Origin: an uncultured Nitrososphaerota archaeon
GTDB taxonomy: Archaea > Thermoproteota > EX4484-205 > JAAOZP01
Direction: 5' to 3'
Assembly: GCA_964416155.1 (NCBI GenBank)
Contig: CAYQCW010000019.1
Span: 1 to 13,115, forward strand
DNA: 13,115 bases
Part shown: positions 1 to 7,320 of the stretch, piece after piece
Position numbering within the stretch: position 1 is the stretch's first letter
Layout of the letters: each line of letters opens with the position of its first letter
Program-made: the position numbers and the translations under genes
Notes under the pieces: model-generated
What the model saw: only the letters and a program-made list of their open reading frames with translations
Database searches by the model: none
Told to the model about the DNA's origin: nothing

Positions 1-16
1 CATAGCTAGTAGCGTG

Positions 17-49
17 CTAGACGGTTAAGATCTAGACGGTGCTTAAGAT
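17..49. repeat. Imperfect tandem direct repeat CTAGACGGTTAAGAT / CTAGACGGTGCTTAAGAT
   Basis: Copies read directly at 17-31 and 32-49. Confidence 0.6.
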
Positions 50-104
50 TATTGCCTTTTAAGACGAAAAAGAACGGAAATAGGAAAATTTTGCCTTAAA
101 CAGC

Positions 105-350
105 TCAGAAAAATACTCTAGCATGCTTATAAAAAGTTTGCATTGTATACCATATTGCCCTTATTTCGGAAACGCCTTCCTTTTTCTTGACTCTGGAAAC
201 TTGATCGGCAAAACTTTCAAGTTCTTTTTCATGAGAAACAGTAATGACTTGAGGGCATTTTATTTCATTCAGTATTTCTCTAACCCTAAATAATTGGCCT
301 TTACTGAAGCCATCTGTCGGTTCATCTAAGATAAGCAGGTTTGACTTTGC
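105..350 (-). pseudogene. 3'-terminal fragment of a Rad50/SbcC/SMC-like ATPase (Walker B, D-loop, H-loop)
   Basis: Manual translation, not in the ORF track: AKSNLLILDEPTDGFSKGQLFRVREILNEIKCPQVITVSHEKELESFADQVSRVKKKEGVSEIR...*. LILDEPT and VSH match the Rad50/SbcC C-terminus. An in-frame TAG at 351-353 precedes it and there is no start codon. Confidence 0.8.
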
Positions 351-513
351 CTACTTTAATATTCTGCTTTTTCTACATGCTAGTATGAAAGCTTTCTATG
401 TTTCAACCTCATCGATTCTCCAAATTTTACAAGCCCTCTATATTGTACGCCATAGTATATTTCGGGCCAAAAGATTTATTTCGAGCTTTGGAGAAGTTTT
501 ACCATAGGGGAGT

Positions 514-965
514 ATGTCTGAGGAGGTCGTTGCGAGGGTTAACGAGGTGAGGCTGTATTTCGGCGAGAAGCCTCCTGCTGTTGGTTTGCCTAAAGGAGGG
601 CAGCTTGTGCTCACGAACAGGAGGCTTGTTTTCATCAAGGGGCTTTATGGGCCTGTGGACCTCGACTGGGGCTTGAAGATTGAAGGGAGCTTTATGATTC
701 CCCTGAGCGATATTATTGAGGCTAAGGCGGAGAGGAGTTTCCTCAGGCTGAGATACCGGCTTCCAGTGGGGAGGAGAAAGCCTGCTCGCTCCTATTCATC
801 TCCAAGCTTTCCGGCACAATCTCGATGGGGCTTGTCACTGGTCTGCCGGGAGTCATTATGGGCGGGGTTTTCGGAGCGCCGAGCCTGAGCAAAACACCCT
901 ACGAGCAGATGGCGAATGCGATAGCGGATCTTAAAAAAGTATACAGTTCGTCAACACAGAAATAA
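514..965 (+). pseudogene. Small PH/GRAM-like domain protein split by a -1 frameshift at about 760
   Basis: The N-terminus has GQLVLTNRRLVF and IPLSDI, typical of prokaryotic PH-like domains. From 762 another frame reads SSGEEKACSLLFISKLSGTISMGLVTGLPGVIMGGVFGAPSLSKTPYEQMANAIADLKKVYSSSTQK* (TAA 963-965), which is more protein-like than the tail of ORF 514-888. Confidence 0.6.
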
Positions 966-1034
966 TCAATGCCTTATTAATCAGATTTACAATAGTGTGC
1001 GCCAAGCAGTTTTCCCATCTAAGCCCAACACATT

Positions 1035-1166
1035 TTAAGGTAGAACAACGCTCGTGAAGTATTCTTTGTTACCGGTTGATTGAAGCTTTATCGTAATGAC
1101 TGTACCGCTCACTATCCTTTGACCTCCATACGTAGCCCCAGCAGGAATGTAGAGGTAGAAAGACTT
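1035..1166 (-). pseudogene. 3' fragment of an archaeal type IV pilin-like gene
   Basis: Manual translation KSFYLYIPAGATYGGQRIVSGTVITIKLQSTGNKEYFTSVVLP* resembles the SG-x-x-I-x-IKL-x-S-x-x-x-K-x-Y...VxLP* ending of TACK archaeal pilins. Upstream in-frame TAG at 1167-1169, no start codon. Confidence 0.55.
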
Positions 1167-1302
1167 CTACACTCCGAAGGGAGAACTGGAGCTTAAAAAC
1201 GGGGAGATAGTGGTGAAGAAGGTTAAAAAGCGATATGGAACAGGCAAGCTATACATAGGCCCTTTCAATAGAAAAGCCGAAGAGGTAAATCCATGCCTTT
1301 AG
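1159..1302 (+). pseudogene. Unidentified gene fragment
   Basis: Open frame KDFYTPKGELELKNGEIVVKKVKKRYGTGKLYIGPFNRKAEEVNPCL* with coding-like purine bias. It begins right after a TAG and sits back to back with the pilin fragment. Confidence 0.3.
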
Positions 1303-1359
1303 CTCACTTTTGATAAATATAGTGGAGTATAAGTGGCAAAGCCATCCCTATAAAATAGG

Positions 1360-3517
1360 ATGAAAATGTCTTTAAAAAATGGGGAGTATTCGAGTAAGCC
1401 TTCTCTTTCAAGCTTCATTGAACATTTAATACGTAGCGAAAGAGAGAAGAAAGTAGTAAGCATGGTTGAAGTTTCAAAGGGTGCTTTAAGGAGGGCCCTA
1501 ATAGAAGGATGGATTCCTATAAGAGAGCTAAGTCGGGATGCAGCCATAGAAATGAGTTTTAAGCCTACTCCCGCCTATATAGCGAGATGCAAAGAGCTGG
1601 AGATAGCACATAGTGGGAGAACCTTCTATGACCCGAAGATAAGAAGCCTTCACCCTTGGTTAGCTAGGCGGTCAAGGTCTGTTGCGAGCCCTTAATCTAG
1701 CCGCATTGCTTCCTTTCGACACTAACAGTGATGATTTTTTATCGTGTTTAGGCTTCACTAGGCAAAATTTGCTTGAGGCAGTTTCGAAAGGATATTCTCC
1801 GCTTATATCTTACCTTTCACCCAACTTATCTTCAATCAATATTCCAGAAAACACAGTTATTTTAGACCCGATGGCTGGTGGGGGCTCAATACCTTTAGAG
1901 TCAGCAATACTAGGGGTTAACACTATTGCTTGCGACTATAATCCGGTCGCCTATTTGCTTTTACGTGGAACAGTAGAGTTTCCTGTCAAATATGGTTTGG
2001 AGCTATGGAGGCGTTTAGCAGAGGAGGTTAAAGCTCTTCTAAACTATGCGTTAAAAGAACTTTCACCATATTACGACACGCAGGCAGAGGGTTACATAAT
2101 GCTTCGACAAGTAAAAATAAACGGCAGAATAATACCCCTTCAAACTTTGATACCCGTTTCTAAAGATTTAAACATTAAGTTAGAAAGCGATAGTTCATTA
2201 AGCTTAACAAAAAATAAGGAGAAAGTTGTTACGAAGAGGGCACTTCTGAAAACATGGATGGAGAAGCATGTGGAGGTGATGAATGGAAAATCAGAGCTTT
2301 ATGAGCAGACTCACAGATGCGTAGCGGTTCAGACACAGAAAGGTTTTAGGCTTCCTAATGATTCAGATAGAGAACTGCTGTTAAAAGCGTATATGGATTA
2401 CCTGTCAAGGTTAAACTCAATATCCATTCCGACTATAGATATTCCCCGCGATAACGAAGTTTTCTCAGACGTATTGCCATTGGGCAAGTTCCTAATGCTT
2501 TTCAGTCCCAGGCAAGCATTAGCACTGGATATACTCTTATCCTACGTAAGAAACAGGATTCAAGAACTGGTGGAGAAAGAGGGCGAATTTGGCGCGGCAC
2601 TGGGACTCTATCTATCTTTTGGAATTGACAGAATGGCGGATTTCAACTCAGTAATTACGACTTGGAATCATAACACCCTGACGATAAGGGATAGCATTGG
2701 ATCCTATTACAAATTCAGAAAGTTCAGGCTCGAAGGGAATTACGCAGAGGCAATAATACCCTATCGCACCCTTGAGTGGATATACGAACCCGAGAATAAC
2801 GATAGAACTGCCGGAGGCATATGCCCCGTATTGAAAGAATTGGTTGAGAAGCTGGAGGACAGGAAATGCCGAATTGAAACATATTTATGCGATGCAATGA
2901 ACTTATCACAGTATTTTAAGAGTATTGATATAATCAATGTTGACCCGCCGTATTATGATCAGCATATTTACAGCGATTTTTCCAAATTCTTTTGGCCGCT
3001 CTTAAAGACGGCGTTGGAGCCCGCCATACCTTTATTGTTTGATAAGCGAACCTTAATTGACTGGACTCCAACCAACTGGACCGTTCCCAAATCCAGCGAG
3101 ATAATCGAGAAGACGCATAAAGGGAAATTTGAAACAAGATTAAAAACAGCGTTAAAAGAGATAAGAGAAATATTGAAGGATGATGGCTTACTGATTTTCT
3201 GGTTCAGTCACAGGAGCATGGATGCTTGGAAGGCTGTTGTTCAAGCGTTGAGTGAAACGCGTTTTCCAATAACTTCAATAATCCCGCTTCCATCGGAACA
3301 TCCTACTAGAAGCATAACGAGAGGAGGAAATGCAGGAATAAACCGTGTCCTAATAATAGTTGCAAGAAAAGGCGTTAGGGAAAGCAACAAAACGGAAATC
3401 CTCGGGAGGTTTAAGGACTATATATTGCAATCGAAACTCTATCCAGATGAAGTTATCCCCAAGGAAGAAATAGAACTTTTAACTAAAGCAGCAAATTATG
3501 CCCTATCGAAATGTTAA
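1360..3517 (+). pseudogene. DUF1156-type DNA amino-methyltransferase (m6A or m4C), split by a frameshift at about 1685-1688
   Basis: ORFs 1360-1695 and 1682-3517 join across the DUF1156 signature LHPWLARRSRSVA|RALNLAALLP. The upstream part has RALIE...ELSRDAAIE. The downstream part has the SAM motif VILDPMAGGGSIPLE, catalytic DPPYY and the FSHRSMDAW tail. The start could be 1360, 1366 or 1462. Confidence 0.85.
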
Positions 3518-3536
3518 GCTAAAATGCTTTAAAGAA

Positions 3537-4270
3537 TCACCCCTGTCTAAGTGTGTTCCTCACTTCTTCTATTACATCTAACAGTTCATCATAAGTACCT
3601 TTACCTCCAAGCATATCCCACATTTCTTTTCCAATTAACACTTCTCTTTTAATATCCATAATTCTCCTCGTGAAAGAATGGTTATATTCATTCGGAAAAT
3701 AAGGATTATAATACAGTGCCAAAAAGGCTTGTGGATTCTTATTCATAAAAAGTGCCTGAAAAAGTAGCATTTTCTTTTTAGATTCTGCACAAACATCCAA
3801 GTTTGGAAGAGGGCTTTTGATCTCTAAAAATAAGGGGCCTTGCTTAAAATCGCCGACGAACAGGTCAGCAATTATGCGTGTCTCCCTAGTCCTAGCACTA
3901 CTTTTAGCGAGAATTTCTTGAATTTCTTTTTGATGATCAGGGCTTCTCTTACCCATTCGTAATTCGTTGATAATTCTATCAATAGCATTTATTTTTGCAA
4001 AATCTAACCGGCCTGTGATTTTATAATCTTGGTGCACCATTCTATATTGGTCTTTAGCAATTATTTCAGCTAATTGCGGAATAAGCTTCTTCCCCATTTT
4101 TGTTACTATGGCTCTCTGTTTTTTGAATGTTTTAATAGCCTCGTCAGGAAATAGTAATGAGTGAAACGGATAGGCCTTCTTAAGCTCCTCAATGCTATAT
4201 GGCACTTCAATTATGCCTTTTACAAAGGACAGAAGAACCTTTTCAGCTCGTCCCGTGTTTCCAGCTTCAT
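3537..4270 (-). pseudogene. TdeIII/MjaII-family type II restriction endonuclease with a 1-nt frameshift at 4240-4243
   Basis: PFH motif, PD-(D/E)xK core ADLF...LEIKSPLPNLD, YYNPY and IGKEMWDMLGGKGTYDELL are characteristic of the TdeIII family. ATG at 4270 gives MKLETRDELK, and one extra A in CTGAAAAGGTT joins it in frame to KVLLSFVKGIIEVPYSIEEL (244 aa in total). The ORF track starts at an internal GTG (4205). Confidence 0.8.
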
Positions 4271-4316
4271 TGCCGTCCGATCTATCTCTTAACTCTTAAT
4301 CTTAATAAACCTTTAA

Positions 4317-4892
4317 CTACCTAATCAGCAAACCCTTCTGTATTAGTTCAGCCATAAGCTTCTCAGCAGCGTCGTAAACCATCTTCTCGTTAACAGCACC
4401 CGTGCACACAAGTTTCCCAGAAGCAAATAAAAGTATAACTACATCAGGATCACGCATCCTATAGATAAGGCCAGGAAACTGCTCTGGTTCATACATTGTT
4501 CTTTCTAGTGCTGTTACTGCGTGTTCGAGGTCTATTCTTCCGGGGAGTGTTGCTGATGCTACGATGTTTTGTACTGTGATTTGTGGTTTTGTTTTTTGGA
4601 TTATTTTTTTGTTTTTGAGTTCTCTTACTATTTTATGGACTGCTTCGTGTGCTTGTTTTTCGCTTTTTGCTCCTGTTGACACCATTTTTCCTGAGCTGAA
4701 TATGAGTGTTGCTGTTTTTGGTTTTTCGAGTCTGAATACTAGTCCGGGGAACTGGTCTGGCTTGTATTCTACGTTTTCGAAGTTTTTGACTATCGTGTTT
4801 AGGTCTATTCTTTGGTCGAGTATTACTGATGCTACTACGTTTTGGATTTCTACTATTGGTTTTTCCCCGGGTTTTGCCGTTTCTGCTTGCAT
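4317..4892 (-). CDS. tbp: TATA-box binding protein
   Basis: Two TBP repeats (IQNVVAS / VQNIVAS, YKPDQFPGLVFR / YEPEQFPGLIYR, LIFSSGKMVSTGAK / LLFASGKLVCTGA). ATG 4892 is preferred over TTG 4922 because GGGGGAG precedes it. Confidence 0.98.
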   Translation of the reverse strand: MQAETAKPGEKPIVEIQNVVASVILDQRIDLNTIVKNFENVEYKPDQFPGLVFRLEKPKTATLIFSSGKMVSTGAKSEKQAHEAVHKIVRELKNKKIIQKTKPQITVQNIVASATLPGRIDLEHAVTALERTMYEPEQFPGLIYRMRDPDVVILLFASGKLVCTGAVNEKMVYDAAEKLMAELIQKGLLIR

Positions 4893-4896
4893 TTCT

Positions 4897-4940
4897 CCCC
4901 CTTTATAAAGGGGGTTGGGCAAGTATTTAAATATTGGTTT
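4897..4940 (-). promoter_or_regulatory. Putative tbp promoter (TTTAAATA at 4931-4924) plus perfect 18-bp palindrome CCCCCTTTATAAAGGGGG (4897-4914)
   Basis: Both elements read directly. The TATA box lies about 32 nt upstream of ATG 4892 with an A-rich BRE-like stretch before it. Confidence 0.6.
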
Positions 4941-5130
4941 TCCCGCCTTCTCCTGCTTTAAGGGCTTTGGGGCTTTTTAATGGTGCTTTTTCAGCCTTAA
5001 GGAGGAAGGAACGTTAGGGTATCGGCGCTCGATAAGGCTCGCCGCACGCATGGGGCGGATACCGGTGTTTCTTCCTCCAGTACGAATAATGGTCCGACCC
5101 TGTAAGAGGCCTTCGGTATATTGGAATTCC

Positions 5131-5175
5131 GTAAAGTAACATTTTTATAACCATTTGGAAAAATACATGCTGTAT
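5131..5175 (+). promoter_or_regulatory. Putative leaderless promoter of the abiE operon
   Basis: TTTATAA at 5144-5150 lies about 24 nt before ATG 5174, with purine-rich AAAGTAAC upstream. A short inverted repeat ATACA-tgc-TGTAT (5163-5175) overlaps the start. Confidence 0.5.
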
Positions 5176-5986
5176 GCCGTGGGTCGGCGAGGTCAAAGAA
5201 TTCGCCAGAGCGCTCAGGGTTGAAGCCGGGTTATTATTACACGAGGAGCTTCAAAGGCAGACATTGAGAGCCATCTATTTGAATTCAAAGCTCAGGGGAA
5301 TAACCCTTCACGGCGGCACTGCGCTTAGGATGGTGTATGGTTCTCCGCGGTTCTCCTTGGACCTGGACTTTACAGGAAATCCGTCGTTGGGTTTGTCGGA
5401 TTTGCCGAGAGAACTCGTTAGTTCGATCAAGCTGTTTGAAAGATTAATGGATTTTAACGTTGGATTCACAGCCAAAAAAATCCTGAGTAACAAGCATGAT
5501 TTCTTGAGGTTCAACCTGGATTTTACCGTAGCTGAGGTGAGGAAGAGGTTTAAGGTTAAGGTGGAGCTTTTGGAGAAGGGTTTTAACAGAGGGGTACGCA
5601 AAGAGCTCAACATTAGGTATCCTGTCCCGACCATTATTTACGTGAAGACGAAGGAGCTTTCAGATATATTGGTGGATAAGGTCTGCGCTATAGCTGGGAG
5701 AAGCCACGCTCTGCCTAGAAACATATACGATGTCGACTTCATTGTGAGAAGGGGTTGTAGACTTGACCCGGAGCGCTTGAGGGAAGAGTTTGGCGAATGG
5801 AGGGAGACTCGGGAGGGGTTGGAGAAGGCAATAATCACCTTGGAGAAAACCGATGGCAAATCCATCTTTAAGGAGATCAATATGCTCTTGCCCGAGGGGT
5901 CCAAAATTAGTCTTGAGGATGTGAACGGGAGCATCAGGGCAACATTAGAGGTTCTGGAGGAGGCGGCGGAAATCCTACATGGCTAG
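5174..5986 (+). CDS. abiEii: AbiEii/AbiGii-family nucleotidyltransferase (type IV TA toxin)
   Basis: LHGGTALRMVYGSPRFSLDLDF matches the GGTAL...RxSxDxD motif. The C-terminal part has K..A...R....R.IYD. Confidence 0.9.
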   Translation: MPWVGEVKEFARALRVEAGLLLHEELQRQTLRAIYLNSKLRGITLHGGTALRMVYGSPRFSLDLDFTGNPSLGLSDLPRELVSSIKLFERLMDFNVGFTAKKILSNKHDFLRFNLDFTVAEVRKRFKVKVELLEKGFNRGVRKELNIRYPVPTIIYVKTKELSDILVDKVCAIAGRSHALPRNIYDVDFIVRRGCRLDPERLREEFGEWRETREGLEKAIITLEKTDGKSIFKEINMLLPEGSKISLEDVNGSIRATLEVLEEAAEILHG

Positions 5987-6545
5987 AATATCGACTTTTG
6001 AAGTTCTGGAATACCTCAGGTCTCTTGAAGCCAAGGGAGTTAAGGTTGTACATGTATACGTAATCGGTGACAGGTTTGGGCTGAACGCTGGCTCGCTAAA
6101 GGTGCTGCTCTGGAGGGCTTCAAAAAAAGGCCTGATCAACAGGATTGGGAAAAAATGGATTGCTTTACCGCATGTACAGCCGCACGAGATCCTGCCTCTA
6201 TTATATCCTCCCTCCTACGCCTCTATGGAATGGGCCCTGAACTACCATGGGGTCTCCATGCAGAAGCCTTTCACAGTTACTGCAATATCCACCAGGAAGA
6301 CCAAGATGATAAAGAGCGATGTTTGGAGCATTGAAGTCCACTGTGTGAAGGAGGATCTTTTCTTCGGCTTTGACGAGAATTACATGGCCTACCCGGAGAA
6401 AGCCTTGCTGGACCTTGCCTACGTAAGGAGGAAGATAGACGTTGAGCTTGATCTCTCGGAAATCGATGGGAATGTTTTGAAAGCGTATTTGAGAAAGTAC
6501 CCAGCCTTCGTGAGGAAGGTTCTTGAGAACTATGACACGCGATGA
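5979..6545 (+). CDS. abiEi: AbiEi-family antitoxin / transcriptional regulator
   Basis: N-terminal wHTH-like segment, PPSYASMEWALNYHG and AYPEKALLDLAY motifs. Overlaps the abiEii stop by 8 nt. Confidence 0.85.
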   Translation: MARISTFEVLEYLRSLEAKGVKVVHVYVIGDRFGLNAGSLKVLLWRASKKGLINRIGKKWIALPHVQPHEILPLLYPPSYASMEWALNYHGVSMQKPFTVTAISTRKTKMIKSDVWSIEVHCVKEDLFFGFDENYMAYPEKALLDLAYVRRKIDVELDLSEIDGNVLKAYLRKYPAFVRKVLENYDTR

Positions 6546-6667
6546 ACAAGCATCCGATAACGCGCTACGAAAAGATCTTTCTGATCAAATGGTTTTGAAA
6601 ATTCTAGTCGCTTTGCCGGTTTCGACTTAATGACTGTTCTTTAAGATTTCGAAGACGGAGCTCAAAC

Positions 6668-6716
6668 TAGCACTATAGTGTCCCAATATTTACATTTTTT
6701 GGACATTATAATGTCC
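6668..6716. promoter_or_regulatory. Pair of related palindromes TAGCACTATAGTGTCC (6668-6683) and GGACATTATAATGTCC (6701-6716)
   Basis: The second is a perfect 16-bp palindrome. The first has a perfect 10-bp core and a nearly identical right half. Centres are 33 bp apart with an AT-rich spacer. Confidence 0.65.
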
Positions 6717-6839
6717 TTTTAGCACAAAGATTTTTCCTCTCCCAGTTCTAGAATCTGGGTCGGCCTGCTCGAAAACTGTTTTGTTTAAACTTTGGCTGTG
6801 GGATGTTTGTGAGAAAAAAGAGGAGGAGTGTTGCGGGTT

Positions 6840-7151
6840 TTACGGTTGGAACATTGTTTGCATCTTGGGTAATGCTACTGTCCCCATGTTGATGAGCGCC
6901 GCCGGCAGCCATAGGGCGCCGAAGCCGAGGATCCATCCTGATACTATTGGCGTAGCGTACTCCTCATACTTCTTTATGCCGATGGTTCTGATCACTAGGA
7001 ACTTTATTACTAGTGCTATCAGGGAGGTTAGCCACATGTAGTTGGCTATCGTCATGGATACGTAGAGCGCTGGAACGCTTATGAACCAGAAGAAGGGAAC
7101 CTTTGTCTTCAAGACGTAGAGCACTAGTACCAGAAGTATTCCGAGGCCGTA
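6840..7151 (-). pseudogene. 3' fragment of a large polytopic membrane protein (OPT-like / DUF6784-type C-terminus)
   Basis: YGLGILLVLVLYVLKTKVPFFWF...WLTSLIALVIKFLVIRTIGIKKYEEYATPIVSGWILG resembles the last helices of these archaeal membrane proteins. In-frame TGA at 7152-7154 upstream. A T-run follows the stop (6813-6819). Confidence 0.6.
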
Positions 7152-7198
7152 TCAGGCTGAGGCTCAAAGACTCCTTTCTTGTTTTCCAGCTTCAAAGC

Positions 7199-7320
7199 CT
7201 AGCCTTTATTAACCGCCATGGTGACGTTCTTAAGAGCAGTCGCTGTTTTAGTTTCATGGGGCTTCAGAAGAGTCTTGAAGAAATCACCAAGATGCCTGTC
7301 TCCGGCAAAGCACGCGTTGC
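7199..7320 (-). pseudogene. Possible 5' remnant of an ABC transporter ATP-binding gene
   Basis: Frame reads ...GDFFKTLLKPHETKTATALKNVTMAVNKG*, which resembles the ALKNVTLxVxKGE segment preceding Walker A. Walker A itself is absent. Confidence 0.35.

Noticed and set aside
1360-1695. 111-aa ORF as a separate controller (C) protein of the R-M system
   Set aside because: No HTH motif. Its sequence is the DUF1156 N-terminus of the downstream methylase.
4564-4908. 114-aa hydrophobic ORF antisense to tbp
   Set aside because: Shadow ORF produced by the A/C-rich codon usage of tbp.
5014-5196. 60-aa minus-strand ORF or structured RNA between tbp and abiEii
   Set aside because: GSDHYSYW only weakly recalls M28 peptidases. 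No tRNA cloverleaf or convincing box C/D motifs were seen, and it overlaps the abiE promoter.
5308-6549. Antisense ORFs over abiEii/abiEi
   Set aside because: Shadow frames with no independent support.
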